Shown here one piece after another: positions 41,508-52,786 of a stretch of DNA of 64,000 nucleotides (positions are counted from its first letter, which is position 1; each line of letters starts with the position of its first letter). The stretch is from Bacilli bacterium (GTDB lineage Bacteria; Bacillota_I; Bacilli_A; RF39; UBA660), in contig JAFQXM010000007.1 of the NCBI GenBank assembly GCA_017406955.1, positions 13,743 through 77,742 on the forward strand, in the 5' to 3' direction. The position numbers were made by a program, and so were the translations under genes. The notes beneath the pieces were generated by a model. It did no database searches. It had not been told where the DNA came from and saw only the letters and a list, made by a program, of their open reading frames with translations.

Positions 41508-42641
41508 TTAATATGTTCTAATAGGTAAAACTAATTGAGTTAATGTTTCGTCATCTTTAGATTTTATAAGTATTGGTTTAATTTCTCCTACAAAATGAAT
41601 ATCCACAGTTTCTGCCTTAAAACTTTTTAAAGCTTCCATCATATATTTAGCACTAAAACTAATTTTTATATCTTCTTTATTATTTTTCTTTATATTCATC
41701 TTTTCTTCTACTCTACCTACTTCTGCAGATGAACTCTTTAAAGTTAATATATCTCCATTTGTTTCTAAAGTAACAATATTTTTTTCTTTATCACTAGTTA
41801 AAATACTAACTCTATCCACAACATTATAGAAATCTTCTAAATTAACACTAAGAGTCATTAATGAATCATCTGGTAATAAATTAGAAGTATTTGGATATGT
41901 TCCATTAATTAAACGAGATTCAAATTTAATGTTACCTGTTTTAAATAATATTTTATTATTAAATATATGTAATTCAACTTTTTCATTATCCCCAATTATT
42001 CTGGAAAACTCTACAATATTATGACTAGGTATAACTACATTATAATTTTCTTCACTTTCTGATTTTAATTTAATTATTTTCCTAGCTAATCTATAAGAAT
42101 CTGTAGAATTACATTCTAATACATCCCCTACTACATTAAAATTAATACCAGTAAGTACAGGTTTAGTTTCCTCATGTGAAGCTGCAAAAGATGTTTGATT
42201 AACAATATCTTTAAATATATCTGCATCTAATACAATTTTTTTCTTACTTTCTTCTAAAGCTATATTAGGATATTCATTTTTATTTATACCATTTAAATTA
42301 AATTCACTATTATCAGTATAAATAAGTATCTTTAATTCATCTATAACTTCTATATTAATATATTCATCTTGTAATTTTCTAACTATATCTAATATATATT
42401 TTCCTTGTATAACAATACTACCTTCTTTTTCTATATTAAAATCTTCATCTTTATCAGATTCTATAATAGTTTGAATAGTAATATCATTATCACTAGCTGT
42501 TAATATTAATTTTTTCTTTTTTAATTCAAATTTTACTCCAGATAAAACAGGTATTAAATTCTTAGTTGATATTGCTTTTGAAACTTTATTTAAAGCTTCT
42601 AATAATAATTCTCTTTTAATTTTAAATTTCATATTTTTCAA
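41508..42641 (-). CDS. dnaN: DNA polymerase III beta sliding clamp
   Basis: 377 aa with three-domain clamp architecture, directly downstream of dnaA. Confidence 0.9.
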   Translation of the reverse strand: MKNMKFKIKRELLLEALNKVSKAISTKNLIPVLSGVKFELKKKKLILTASDNDITIQTIIESDKDEDFNIEKEGSIVIQGKYILDIVRKLQDEYINIEVIDELKILIYTDNSEFNLNGINKNEYPNIALEESKKKIVLDADIFKDIVNQTSFAASHEETKPVLTGINFNVVGDVLECNSTDSYRLARKIIKLKSESEENYNVVIPSHNIVEFSRIIGDNEKVELHIFNNKILFKTGNIKFESRLINGTYPNTSNLLPDDSLMTLSVNLEDFYNVVDRVSILTSDKEKNIVTLETNGDILTLKSSSAEVGRVEEKMNIKKNNKEDIKISFSAKYMMEALKSFKAETVDIHFVGEIKPILIKSKDDETLTQLVLPIRTY

Positions 42642-42774
42642 TCCTTCTTTCTTATTTATTATTGTTTTATTTTTATTATTACTGTGGAAAAAGTTTAAAA
42701 TTATAATTTATCCTTATTTTATAAAGAAAATAATAAAATTTTATTGTGGATAAATATATGAATAATTTTATTTT
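42642..42774. promoter_or_regulatory. oriC downstream module: DnaA-box cluster plus AT-rich unwinding region (dnaA-dnaN intergenic)
   Basis: TGTGGAAAA (42683..42691), TTATCCTTA (42708..42716), perfect TGTGGATAA (42745..42753) within a >80% AT spacer. Confidence 0.7.
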
Positions 42775-44151
42775 TTACACAACACCTATATCTTTCTTTA
42801 ATTTTTCTATAATATTTTCTAAATCTTTATTTACCTTTATTTCTTTTTCTATTTTTTCACAAGAATGCATTACTGTAGTATGATCTTTCCCACCAAATTC
42901 TGTACCTATCTTAGGAAATGATTCACTAGTCATATTTCTACATAAATACATTGCAATCTGTCTTGGAAAAGAAATATTAGAACTTCTCTTTTTACTTTTA
43001 ATATCTTCAACAGATATTTGAAAGTAATCAGATACAATCTTTTGTATTCTATGGATATTATTTTTTTCTCCCATTCCTTTACTTATAAAGTCTTTCAAAG
43101 CTTCTATCGCAAGATCTAGAGTAATATCTGCACCACCCATTATAGTAGAATAAGCAATTAATCTAGTAATTGATCCTTCTAATTGTCTTACATCTGTACC
43201 TATATTAGAAGCAATATATTCAATAACATCATCAGGTATATCTTTTTCAAAATCTCCTGCAGCAATTTTTTTCTTAAGTATTTCAGTTCTTAAAGTAAAG
43301 TCAGGTGGAAATATATTAACTGTTAATCCCCAACAAAATCTTGTTCTTAAACGATCTTCTAATAATTTTAAATCATCTGGTGATCTATCTGATGAAATAA
43401 TAATTTGTTTACTATCATTATATAAAGAATTAAAAGTATGAAAAAATTCTTGTTGTGTTTGTGTTGCTCCTCCTAAAAATTGTATATCATCTATTATTAA
43501 AACATCTATATTTCTATACTTTTTCTTAAAAAAATCAACATAATTAAAGTTAGTTCCCTTATCATCCTTTTTATTTATACCTATAAAATCTTGTATAAAT
43601 TGATCACTGGTAACATATAAAACTTTCCTATTACTATTATTAGTAATATAATTACCTATAGCATGCATTAAATGTGTTTTACCAAGACCACTATTTCCAT
43701 ATATAAATAGAGGATTATACATATGACCAGGATTTTCTGCTACAGATAAAGCAGCAGCTTGTGCAAATTTATTAGTATCCCCTACTATAAAATTTTCAAA
43801 TGTATATTTACTTTTCAAATTAGTTTTTTCAAATTCTTGAGGTACTCCATCATTAATAACTTGATTTTTATTAATATTATCAGGAGGACTCTCATCTTTT
43901 TCAATCTCTTCATTTAATAAAAATATAAGTTCAAAATTAGTATTTGTAACATCATTTAATTTTTCTGTAATTAAATTATAATAATTATCAGATAAATGCT
44001 TTTTATGTATTGGCATTGGAACAATTATATAAGCTTTACCGTTTTCTAATTTATAAAGTTTCGTATCTTTAAACCATGTATCAAAAGACAGTGAAGTTAA
44101 TTCGTCTTTGATTTGTGATAAAAAATTAGACCATAAAATATCGACATTCAT
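42775..44151 (-). CDS. dnaA: chromosomal replication initiator DnaA
   Basis: Walker A GNSGLGKTHL, DnaA signature box, C-terminal HTH. ATG at 44151 preceded by GGGGAG; the track's TTG start at 44169 is an alternative. Confidence 0.95.
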   Translation of the reverse strand: MNVDILWSNFLSQIKDELTSLSFDTWFKDTKLYKLENGKAYIIVPMPIHKKHLSDNYYNLITEKLNDVTNTNFELIFLLNEEIEKDESPPDNINKNQVINDGVPQEFEKTNLKSKYTFENFIVGDTNKFAQAAALSVAENPGHMYNPLFIYGNSGLGKTHLMHAIGNYITNNSNRKVLYVTSDQFIQDFIGINKKDDKGTNFNYVDFFKKKYRNIDVLIIDDIQFLGGATQTQQEFFHTFNSLYNDSKQIIISSDRSPDDLKLLEDRLRTRFCWGLTVNIFPPDFTLRTEILKKKIAAGDFEKDIPDDVIEYIASNIGTDVRQLEGSITRLIAYSTIMGGADITLDLAIEALKDFISKGMGEKNNIHRIQKIVSDYFQISVEDIKSKKRSSNISFPRQIAMYLCRNMTSESFPKIGTEFGGKDHTTVMHSCEKIEKEIKVNKDLENIIEKLKKDIGVV

Positions 44152-44169
44152 TCCACCATCTCCCCACAA

Positions 44170-44470
44170 GATAAAAATTTCTTACCTAATATTTTATCTT
44201 AATTTGTGAAAAAAATAAACAAAAAATGGATAAAAAAATAAATCCACAAGTTATACACATACTTTTCCACTATAAAAATGATATAAAATAAGAAAAATAT
44301 AGAGTTTTCCACATTTTCCACAAATTTTAATTAACATTTGTTATTTTAATAATTAACATGCCTGTTAATTATGTGGATAAATAAAAATTATAAAAAAACC
44401 CCTATTTTAATTGACAAAACCCCTATATTATTATTATAATAATGTAGATTTATGTTTGGAGGTGGAGCAA
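44170..44470. promoter_or_regulatory. oriC upstream module: DnaA-box cluster with divergent dnaA and rpmH promoters
   Basis: AAATCCACA (44240..44248), TTTTCCACT (44263..44271), tandem TTTTCCACA x2 (44305..44322), perfect TGTGGATAA (44373..44381). rpmH promoter TTGACA (44411..44416), 18-nt spacer, TATAAT (44435..44440). Confidence 0.75.
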
Positions 44471-44593
44471 GTGAAAAGAACATATCAACCAAATAATCGT
44501 AAAAAATCTAAAACTTTTGGTTTTTTTGCACGTAAAAAAACAAATATATTAAATCGTCGTCGTCGTAAAGGTCGTAAGAGACTTTGTAAATAG
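44471..44593 (+). CDS. rpmH: 50S ribosomal protein L34
   Basis: GTG start after GGAGGTGGAG RBS; [18 protein letters not shown]...RKGRKRL, 40 aa. Track ORF starts too far upstream. Confidence 0.85.
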   Translation: MKRTYQPNNRKKSKTFGFFARKKTNILNRRRRKGRKRLCK

Positions 44594-44644
44594 TATACCG
44601 CTGTTTCACAGTGGTTTTTTTACTAAATAGTATTAGGTGATAAT

Positions 44645-44962
44645 ATGAAAAAGAAATTTATAGTAAAAAAATCTTATGAATTCGATAATATTATTAAAAA
44701 TAATGATATTGTAAAAAATAAAGGATTCATAATATATAAAAAAGAAAATAAGTTAGATTATAATAGATTTGGAATAAGTGTAGGTAAAAAATTAGGTAAT
44801 GCAGTATATAGAAATAAGATGAAAAGAAGAATAAAAAATATAATAGATTCTATAAATACTAAAAACAATATAAATTATGATTATATAGTAATATTAAGAA
44901 GTATGGGAAAAAATTATAAATATAGAGAATTACAAGAAAAACTAACAGATCTATTAAAATAG
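44645..44962 (+). CDS. rnpA: RNase P protein component
   Basis: Basic RNR-like motif GISVGKKLGNAVYRNKMKRRIKN. Confidence 0.8.
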   Translation: MKKKFIVKKSYEFDNIIKNNDIVKNKGFIIYKKENKLDYNRFGISVGKKLGNAVYRNKMKRRIKNIIDSINTKNNINYDYIVILRSMGKNYKYRELQEKLTDLLK

Positions 44963-44974
44963 AAAGGATCAACT

Positions 44975-45904
44975 ATGAAAAAAAATAAATTAAAAATAAT
45001 ATTAATTATATTTGTTTTATTATTATCTACTGGATGTGCAAAAACATTAACAGATTCTCATAAAAAACCAGTAAAAAATGAAATAACAGGACAAAATTTA
45101 ACAAAAAATATAATTTGTCAGCCAACTAATAAAAAAACAATAGAATTATATGAGAAAAACAAAGTAAATATCAAAAAATTACCAAAATGTGAAGATTTTA
45201 AAGTAACAAATGGAAAATATGAAGGATTATGGACAAGTATATTTGTAAAACCGTTAGCATTTATTCTACTACTATTAGGAAAAAATATTGGAAATTATGC
45301 AATATCTTTAATAATAGTAAGTATATTAATAAGATTAATAGCATTTCCAATTACTAAAAAAACTGCAATGCAATCTGAATTATTAAAGAAAGCTCAACCA
45401 GAAATGGATAAAATACAAAAGAAATATAAAAATAATCAAGATAAAGATGCAATGATGAAACAAAGTCAAGAAATGATGATGGTTTATAAAAAATATAATA
45501 TAAGTCCAATGTCAGGATGTTTATTTGCAATGTTACAATTACCATTATTTATAGCATTCTTTGAAGCAGTACAAAGAACACCAGCTATATTTGAAGATAA
45601 ATTCTTATTATTACAACTAGGAACAACACCATCAGTTGGTATTAAATCCGCAGCATTTGTAGCTTACGCACTATTAATGATTCTAATTGCAGGAACAACA
45701 TTCTATTCATTAAAGATGAATATGACAGGAAACAATCAAGATCCAAATATGAAAAATATGCCATATATGATGAGTATAATTATTATAATAACTGCATTAT
45801 TTATGCCATCAGCATTAGGAATTTATTGGGTAACATCTAATGTATTTACAATATTCCAAAATATATTAGTGAAAAGGAGTAAAGAAGTAAATGGAAAAGC
45901 ATAG
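44975..45904 (+). CDS. yidC: membrane protein insertase YidC/SpoIIIJ (lipoprotein type)
   Basis: Lipobox LLSTGC; conserved YidC TM core PITKKTAMQS...NISPMSGCLFAMLQLPLFIAFF. Confidence 0.85.
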   Translation: MKKNKLKIILIIFVLLLSTGCAKTLTDSHKKPVKNEITGQNLTKNIICQPTNKKTIELYEKNKVNIKKLPKCEDFKVTNGKYEGLWTSIFVKPLAFILLLLGKNIGNYAISLIIVSILIRLIAFPITKKTAMQSELLKKAQPEMDKIQKKYKNNQDKDAMMKQSQEMMMVYKKYNISPMSGCLFAMLQLPLFIAFFEAVQRTPAIFEDKFLLLQLGTTPSVGIKSAAFVAYALLMILIAGTTFYSLKMNMTGNNQDPNMKNMPYMMSIIIIITALFMPSALGIYWVTSNVFTIFQNILVKRSKEVNGKA

Positions 45905-46508
45905 TTATACAGGTAAAACTAAAGAAGAAGCAATTGAAAATGCTAAAATAGATTTACAGGAATTAGAAGAAAATTTAATAATTAAAACTAAAGAAGAAGT
46001 AAAAGGTGGACTTTTTAAGAGTAAAAAAGTAGAAGTAGAAGTAATAGAAAAAAGAGAAATAGTTAAAGATTTAAAAGAATTTTTGATAAATTTATTAAAA
46101 AATCTAGGATTTCAATCAAATATAGAAGTAAAAGTAACAGATAATATTCCTAAATATACTATTTTTTCAGATAATGATTCTTTATTAATAGGAAAGAATG
46201 GTAAAAATTTACAAGCTTTATCTATAGTTACTAGTCAATATATTAAAAAAGAAGTTGGAAGTAACTATAAATTTATTATTGATGTTAATCAATATAAAGA
46301 AAAACATGAACGTCAAATAGAAAGACTTGCTAAAAGAACAGCTAGGGAAGTAGCTAAGACAAAAATAGAAGCTAAAATGGATTCAATGAATTCATATGAA
46401 AGAAGATTAGTACATAACATATTAAATAATAATAAAAGAGTTTATACAGAAAGTGAAGGGGAAGAACCTAATCGTTATGTAGTTATAAAACCAAAAGAAG
46501 ATGAATAA
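45891..46508 (+). CDS. jag: Jag/SpoIIIJ-associated protein (KH plus R3H)
   Basis: 205 aa; C-terminal R3H-like RRLVHNILNNNKRVYTESEGEEPNRYVVI. Confidence 0.75.
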   Translation: MEKHSYTGKTKEEAIENAKIDLQELEENLIIKTKEEVKGGLFKSKKVEVEVIEKREIVKDLKEFLINLLKNLGFQSNIEVKVTDNIPKYTIFSDNDSLLIGKNGKNLQALSIVTSQYIKKEVGSNYKFIIDVNQYKEKHERQIERLAKRTAREVAKTKIEAKMDSMNSYERRLVHNILNNNKRVYTESEGEEPNRYVVIKPKEDE

Positions 46509-46566
46509 ATCTTCTTTTTTTATGATTTTTCTGTTATAATATATCCAGTAAAAAAGGAGAAATACT

Positions 46567-47919
46567 ATGGAAGACACAATAGTTGCTATCTCTACATCTT
46601 TAGGAGTAGGGGCAATATCTATTATTAGACTTAGTGGAAAAGATGCTATTAAGATTGCTGATAGTGTTTTTAGTGGTGATTTAAAAGATAAAGAATCTCA
46701 TACAATTCACTATGGTTATATAAAAAACAAAGATGAAGTAATAGATGAAGTTTTAGTATCCATCTTAAAAGCTCCTAAAACATATACAACAGAAGATACT
46801 GTAGAAATAAATTGTCATGGTGGTATTTCAACTACTAATAAAGTATTAGAATTATTAATAAATAAAGGTGTCAGACTTGCAGAAGCCGGAGAATTTACAA
46901 AAAGAGCCTTCTTAAATGGAAGAATAGATTTAACAGAATCAGAAGCAGTAATGGATTTAATAGAAAGTAAAAGTGAAACATCTAGAAAAATGGCTATTTC
47001 TGCACTTCAAGGAAATACATCTAAAATGATAGAAAAATTTAGAGATGATATAAAAGATTTAATATCTAAAGTAGAAGTAAATATAGATTATCCAGAATAT
47101 TATGATATAGAAGTAATGACTATAGAGAGTATTAAAGACAAAGTATTAGAATTAAAAAATAATCTAAAAGAAATAATAAAAGAGTCTAAGAATACTAAAA
47201 TATTAAAAAATGGTATAAATACATTAATAATAGGAAGACCTAATGTAGGTAAAAGTAGTATTTTAAATAGATTCTTAGACGAAGAAAAAGCTATTGTTAC
47301 TGATATTGCTGGAACTACAAGAGATATTGTAGAAGGGGAAGTATTACTTAATAATATTCCTTTAAATATAATAGATACCGCAGGTATTAGAAATACAACT
47401 GATATAGTAGAAAAAAAAGGAGTAGAGAAGAGTTTATCTCTTATAGAAGCTGCCGACTTAGTAATAGTAGTATTAGATAGTAGTAATAAATTAACTAAAG
47501 AAGATAAAGAAATATTAGAAAAATCTAAAAATAAAACTACAATAGTAGTATTAAATAAAAATGATTTAGAAAATAAAATAGAAGAAAAAGAATTAAAAGA
47601 CTATGTAGTAGTAAGTACTAATACTAATAGTAATGAAGGAATCAAAGACTTAAAAAATAAAATAATAGAATTATTTAATTTAGAAAAAATAGAAACTAAA
47701 GATTATAAGTACTTAACTAATATAAGACAAATAACTAAAGCAGAAGAAGCATATAGAAAACTAGTTGAAGTAGAGAAGGGTATAAAAAATAATTTACCTA
47801 TTGATATGGTAGAAATAGATCTAAGAGATTGTTTTGATATATTAGGAGAAATAATAGGTAAAACTTATAGTGATGAAATAATAGATCACTTATTTGAAAA
47901 CTTTTGTGTAGGAAAGTAG
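46567..47919 (+). CDS. mnmE: tRNA modification GTPase MnmE
   Basis: G-domain GRPNVGKSS and DTAGIR; C-terminal CVGK motif. Confidence 0.9.
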   Translation: MEDTIVAISTSLGVGAISIIRLSGKDAIKIADSVFSGDLKDKESHTIHYGYIKNKDEVIDEVLVSILKAPKTYTTEDTVEINCHGGISTTNKVLELLINKGVRLAEAGEFTKRAFLNGRIDLTESEAVMDLIESKSETSRKMAISALQGNTSKMIEKFRDDIKDLISKVEVNIDYPEYYDIEVMTIESIKDKVLELKNNLKEIIKESKNTKILKNGINTLIIGRPNVGKSSILNRFLDEEKAIVTDIAGTTRDIVEGEVLLNNIPLNIIDTAGIRNTTDIVEKKGVEKSLSLIEAADLVIVVLDSSNKLTKEDKEILEKSKNKTTIVVLNKNDLENKIEEKELKDYVVVSTNTNSNEGIKDLKNKIIELFNLEKIETKDYKYLTNIRQITKAEEAYRKLVEVEKGIKNNLPIDMVEIDLRDCFDILGEIIGKTYSDEIIDHLFENFCVGK

Positions 47920-47926
47920 TGATAAT

Positions 47927-49807
47927 ATGAAATATGAAGGGATTGTAGTAGGTGGAGGACATGCCGGTTGTGAAGCAGCTTTAGCTTTATCTAGAAAAAA
48001 TCATAAAACCTTACTTATTACTGGAAATATAGAAAATATTGCTGATATGCCATGTAATCCATCTGTTGGAGGTCCAGCTAAAGGAATAGTTGTAAGAGAA
48101 ATAGATGCTTTAGGTGGAGAAATGGGTAAATGCGCAGATAAAGCAGCCATTCAAGTAAAAATGTTAAATACTAAAAAAGGACCCGCAGTACAAGCATTAC
48201 GTGCTCAAGCAGATAAAAATATTTATCCTAAAGAAATGTTAAAAACATTAAAAAAAGAAAAAAATTTAGATATAAAAGAATCCTTAGTAGAACATTTAAT
48301 AGTAGAAGATAATAAAATAAAAGGAATAATATTAGAAGATAATACTAAAATAGAAGCAGATGTAGTAATTTTAACTACTGGAACATATCTAAAAGGAACA
48401 ATCCTAGTAGGAGATTCTAAAACACCAGGGGGACCTCATGGAGAAAGAGATTCTAAATATTTATCATATGATTTAAGAAATTTAGGTTTTAAAATATTAA
48501 GATTAAAAACAGGAACACCTCCTAGAGTAGATATATATACAATTGATTATAATAAAACAAAATTAGAACCAGGAGATAATAAAGAATTAACATTCTCTTT
48601 TGATAATAAAGCTTATTATGATTATAAAAAACAAATACCTTGCCACTTAGTATATACAAATCAAGAAACTCATGAAATTATTAATAAACACCTAGAAGAA
48701 TCAAGTATGTATGGGGGATATGCCGAAGGAGTAGGGCCTAGATATTGTCCATCTATAGAAGATAAAGTAGTAAGATTTGCAGATAAAGAAAGACACCAAT
48801 TATTCCTAGAACCAGAGTCTAATATAAAAGATGATCCTGAATATGGAAACACTATATATATTCAAGGTTTTTCAACATCTATGCCAGAATATGTACAAGA
48901 AGATATGGTACATTCTCTAAAAGGATTAGAAAATGCTAAAATATTAAAATATGCTTATGCTATAGAATATGATGCAATAGATTCTAGAAGTTTAAAACAA
49001 TCATTAGAAACTAAACTAGTAGAAGGATTATATACAGCCGGACAAATCAATGGAACTAGTGGTTATGAAGAAGCTGCTGGTCAAGGTTTAATTGCTGGTA
49101 TTAATGCAGCTTTAAAATTAGAAAAAAAAGAACCTTTAATCTTAAAAAGGAACGAAGCATACATAGGTGTATTAATAGATGATTTAGTAACTAAAGGAGT
49201 AAAAGATCCATATAGATTACTAACATCTCGTGCAGAATATAGATTATTATTAAGACATGATAATGCTGATATAAGACTAAGAGATTATGGATACCAAGTA
49301 GGTTTAATAAAAAAAGAAAAATATAATAAATTCTTAAATAAAAAGAAACAAATAGAAGAAGTATTTAATATATTAAAAGAAGAAAAAATCACACCTAAAA
49401 AAGATATAAACAAAAAATTAGAATTTATTGGTACTACACCATTAAAAGATGGTATAAGTTTATATAATTTATTAAAAAGACCAGAAATATCTATAGAAAA
49501 TATAAAAGAATTTATAGATTTAGATTATTCTAATGAAGTATTAGAACAAGTAGAAATAAATACTAGATACGAAGGATATATCAAAAAAGCTCTAAAAGAA
49601 GCAGATAAGATGCTAAATTTAGAAAATAAATCAATACCAGATGACATTAATTATGAAGATATTCCAAATATTGCTAGTGAAGCTAAACAAAAACTAAGTG
49701 AAATAAAACCTACATCTATTGGACAAGCCTCTCGTATAAGTGGAGTAAATCCCGCAGATATATCAATTTTAATGGTTTATTTAAGAAAGAATGGTAAATA
49801 TGAATAA
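47927..49807 (+). CDS. mnmG: tRNA uridine 5-carboxymethylaminomethyl modification enzyme MnmG
   Basis: FAD-binding [10 protein letters not shown]; 626 aa. Confidence 0.9.
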   Translation: MKYEGIVVGGGHAGCEAALALSRKNHKTLLITGNIENIADMPCNPSVGGPAKGIVVREIDALGGEMGKCADKAAIQVKMLNTKKGPAVQALRAQADKNIYPKEMLKTLKKEKNLDIKESLVEHLIVEDNKIKGIILEDNTKIEADVVILTTGTYLKGTILVGDSKTPGGPHGERDSKYLSYDLRNLGFKILRLKTGTPPRVDIYTIDYNKTKLEPGDNKELTFSFDNKAYYDYKKQIPCHLVYTNQETHEIINKHLEESSMYGGYAEGVGPRYCPSIEDKVVRFADKERHQLFLEPESNIKDDPEYGNTIYIQGFSTSMPEYVQEDMVHSLKGLENAKILKYAYAIEYDAIDSRSLKQSLETKLVEGLYTAGQINGTSGYEEAAGQGLIAGINAALKLEKKEPLILKRNEAYIGVLIDDLVTKGVKDPYRLLTSRAEYRLLLRHDNADIRLRDYGYQVGLIKKEKYNKFLNKKKQIEEVFNILKEEKITPKKDINKKLEFIGTTPLKDGISLYNLLKRPEISIENIKEFIDLDYSNEVLEQVEINTRYEGYIKKALKEADKMLNLENKSIPDDINYEDIPNIASEAKQKLSEIKPTSIGQASRISGVNPADISILMVYLRKNGKYE

Positions 49808-50438
49808 AAAAGAATTTTTAAAAGAAATAGAAAAATTAAACATTAAATTAACTACTGTACAATTAGAAAAATTAGATAAATTCTATAATTTATTAGTAAA
49901 ATGGAATAAAAAGATAAATTTAACTAGAATTATAGAAGAAGAAGATGTCTATTTAAAACATTTCTATGACAGTTTAACTATAACTAAGATAGTAGATTTA
50001 AATGAAATAGATACATTATGTGATGTAGGTACAGGAGCAGGATTTCCAGGAATAGTACTAAAAATAGTTTATCCTAATTTAAAAATAACTTTAATAGATT
50101 CACTTTTAAAAAGAGTAAAATATTTAAATGAAGTAATAAAAGAATTAGAATTAGATGGTATTGAAGCAATTCATACTAGAGCAGAAGATTATAAAGAAAA
50201 GTATGATGTAGTAACTGCCAGAGCAGTAGCCAATATAGAAAAATTATTAAAATATACTATGCATTTAGTAGATAAAAAAGGAATGTTTATTGCTATGAAA
50301 GGAAATATAGAAGAAGAATTATCTGAAGAAGTAATTAATAAAATTAATAAAGAATATAAAATAGAAAAAATAGAAAAATTTAAATTACCTAAAGAAAACA
50401 GTACTAGAAGTTTAGTAGTAATTAAGAATTATATTTAA
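49791..50438 (+). CDS. rsmG: 16S rRNA (guanine527-N7)-methyltransferase
   Basis: SAM motif [10 protein letters not shown]. Confidence 0.85.
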   Translation: MVNMNKKEFLKEIEKLNIKLTTVQLEKLDKFYNLLVKWNKKINLTRIIEEEDVYLKHFYDSLTITKIVDLNEIDTLCDVGTGAGFPGIVLKIVYPNLKITLIDSLLKRVKYLNEVIKELELDGIEAIHTRAEDYKEKYDVVTARAVANIEKLLKYTMHLVDKKGMFIAMKGNIEEELSEEVINKINKEYKIEKIEKFKLPKENSTRSLVVIKNYI

Positions 50439-50474
50439 ATAGTTCTTTTTTATTGAAAAAGAACTATTTTTAAG
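50439..50474 (+). terminator. strong rho-independent terminator after rsmG
   Basis: 12-bp stem ATAGTTCTTTTT/AAAAAGAACTAT followed by TTTT. Confidence 0.7.
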
Positions 50475-50514
50475 TTATAATATAGTGTATAAGAATAGAA
50501 AAGAGGGTGATATT

Positions 50515-51906
50515 GTGAACGAAGAACAAAAAGAAGATGTAACATATATACATTTAGACGATATTATCCCAAATAGATTTCAACCAAGGGAAGTATTTGA
50601 TGAAAGAACTCTTAAAGAATTGGCTGTATCAATAAAAGAACATGGAGTTATACAACCAATAATAGTTAGAAATGTCAACGGAAAATATGAAATAATTGCA
50701 GGTGAAAGAAGATATAAAGCTTCAGCTTTAGCTGGTCTTACTAAAATTCCTGCAATAGTTAGAAATTTAGATGATAAAGAAACAGCAAAAATAGCTTTAC
50801 TAGAAAATTTACAAAGAAAAAATTTAAATGCTGTAGAAGAAGCTAGAACTTATCAAAAAATTTTAGAATTAGATGAAATGACACAAGAAGAATTAGCTAA
50901 AACAATGGGCAAAAGTCAATCAGCAGTAGCAAATAAAATAAGATTATTATCTTTACCAGATGAAATACAAGAAGCAGTATTAAAAGAAAAAATATCAGAA
51001 AGACATGCTAGAGCTTTATTAAATATTCCGGATCAAAATAAACAAAAAGAATTATTAAATACAGTTATAGAAAAAAGAATGCCTGTTCGTAAATTAGAAC
51101 AAAAAATAAAAGAATTATATCCTAAAGAGGAAGATAATAATAAGAATGAACCAATAGGGGAGATAGTTAGTATGGATAATAGCAATTTAGATATACCACA
51201 AACTGATGTATCTGCTACTACCACAGATTTTGTAGATAACAGTCCTTTAAAACCGTCAACAGATATAGAAGAAGAGGAAAATTCAGATTACGGAAAAATA
51301 GTTGTTGCTCCTCCAGAAGGAGAAGAAACAGAAACTCCTAAATTTATAAATTTTGGAGAAATAGATGATGATGAGGAAGGAGCAGACGAAACAGAAATAG
51401 CAAAAGATAAAAGTGAAGAGACAACAACAATAGCTGATGTTGAAGAAATAAAATCAAACTCTATAGATATAAATTCTACTCCAAAGCAAAAAACAGGATC
51501 AGATTTAGATAGTTTATTAAATATATCAGCAACACCTAATCAAAATATAGAACCTAGCAAATTTTTAACTCCTGCAGAAAGCATTGTTAAAACAGATGAT
51601 TTAAAAGAAGAAGAAAAACCAGAAGATTATTTTAAAACACCAGATTTAATAAATATAGATTTACCTGATGAAATACAAACTAAAGATACAAAAAATGTAT
51701 CAATAAAAGATTTAGAGAAAGAGGAAAATCAAACAACTATAAAAGATATATCAATTGATGGAAAATATACAATTCAAGAGGCAGTAGAGAAAGCTAGAGA
51801 ATTAGTAGGGGAAATAAATAGTAATGGGTTGAATGCTGATATGGAAGAAATGAACTTTAATAAGTCGTATCAGATAATAATAAAAATAGAAAAAGAAGTA
51901 GAATAA
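50515..51906 (+). CDS. noc: ParB/Noc-family DNA-binding protein with about 270-aa acidic low-complexity C-terminal extension
   Basis: ParB N-terminal box IAGERRYKAS plus HTH. GTG at 50515 after AGAGGGTGA RBS (track start 50485). C-terminal half is D/E/T-rich. Confidence 0.65.
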   Translation: MNEEQKEDVTYIHLDDIIPNRFQPREVFDERTLKELAVSIKEHGVIQPIIVRNVNGKYEIIAGERRYKASALAGLTKIPAIVRNLDDKETAKIALLENLQRKNLNAVEEARTYQKILELDEMTQEELAKTMGKSQSAVANKIRLLSLPDEIQEAVLKEKISERHARALLNIPDQNKQKELLNTVIEKRMPVRKLEQKIKELYPKEEDNNKNEPIGEIVSMDNSNLDIPQTDVSATTTDFVDNSPLKPSTDIEEEENSDYGKIVVAPPEGEETETPKFINFGEIDDDEEGADETEIAKDKSEETTTIADVEEIKSNSIDINSTPKQKTGSDLDSLLNISATPNQNIEPSKFLTPAESIVKTDDLKEEEKPEDYFKTPDLINIDLPDEIQTKDTKNVSIKDLEKEENQTTIKDISIDGKYTIQEAVEKARELVGEINSNGLNADMEEMNFNKSYQIIIKIEKEVE

Positions 51907-51908
51907 AA

Positions 51909-51932
51909 GTAGATAAAAATCTACTTTTTTTA
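51909..51932 (+). terminator. terminator after noc-like gene
   Basis: GTAGAT-AAAA-ATCTAC hairpin followed by T7. Confidence 0.6.
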
Positions 51933-52000
51933 ATAAAAGCATTTAAAAAACTAATAATATTTGATACAATATATTAAGTAAAATTGAAATGGGTGATAAG

Positions 52001-52786
52001 ATGGGAAAGGTTATATCATTAGTAAATCAGAAAGGTGGAGTTGGAAAAACCACTACAAGCATAAATCTTTCTGCATCATTAGCAGTATTAGGAAAAAAAG
52101 TGTTATTAATAGATTTAGATCCACAAGGTAATACAACTACTGGTGTAGGTATAAATAAAGGTGATATAGAAAAAAGTGTATATGATGTATTAATAGGACA
52201 AAGTAGTATAGAAGAAGCAATGATTAAAACTAAATATAAAAATTTATATGTAATACCTGCAACTATTAATTTGGCAGGATTAGATATAGAATTAGTTGAA
52301 AAAAGCAAACAAGAATCAGGTTTTTTAAAAGGAGAACAATTAAAAACACATTTAAAAGATATAAAAGAACAATTTGATTTTATAATCATGGATTGTCCTC
52401 CATCATTAGGATTAATAACTACTAATGCTTTAGCGGCATCTAATTCAGTAATAATTCCAGTACAATGTGAATTTTTTGCATTAGAGGGTATAACACAATT
52501 ACTAAAGACAATAATGCTTGCACAAAAGGGATTAAATCCAACTTTAGATATAGAAGGAGTACTATTAACAATGCTTGATTCTAGAACTAATTTAGGTTTT
52601 GAAGTAGTAGAAGATATAAGAAAATTCTTTAAAGAAAAAGTTTATAATACAATAATTCCAAGACTAATTAGATTAACAGAAGCTCCATCGCATGGAGAAC
52701 CAATAATAGCATATGATCCAAAAAGCAGAGGATCAGAGGCATATATGAATTTAGCAAAGGAAGTGATTGAGAGAAATGGAAAATAA
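52001..52786 (+). CDS. soj: chromosome partitioning ATPase ParA/Soj
   Basis: Deviant Walker A KGGVGKTT; MGKVISLVNQ start aligns with Soj MGKIIAITNQ. Confidence 0.9.
   Translation: MGKVISLVNQKGGVGKTTTSINLSASLAVLGKKVLLIDLDPQGNTTTGVGINKGDIEKSVYDVLIGQSSIEEAMIKTKYKNLYVIPATINLAGLDIELVEKSKQESGFLKGEQLKTHLKDIKEQFDFIIMDCPPSLGLITTNALAASNSVIIPVQCEFFALEGITQLLKTIMLAQKGLNPTLDIEGVLLTMLDSRTNLGFEVVEDIRKFFKEKVYNTIIPRLIRLTEAPSHGEPIIAYDPKSRGSEAYMNLAKEVIERNGK

Noticed and set aside
44411-44470. ORF-track start of rpmH at 44411 (60-aa product [11 protein letters not shown]...)
   Set aside because: The upstream part overlaps the promoter. The conserved L34 sequence begins at GTG 44471 after a GGAGG RBS.
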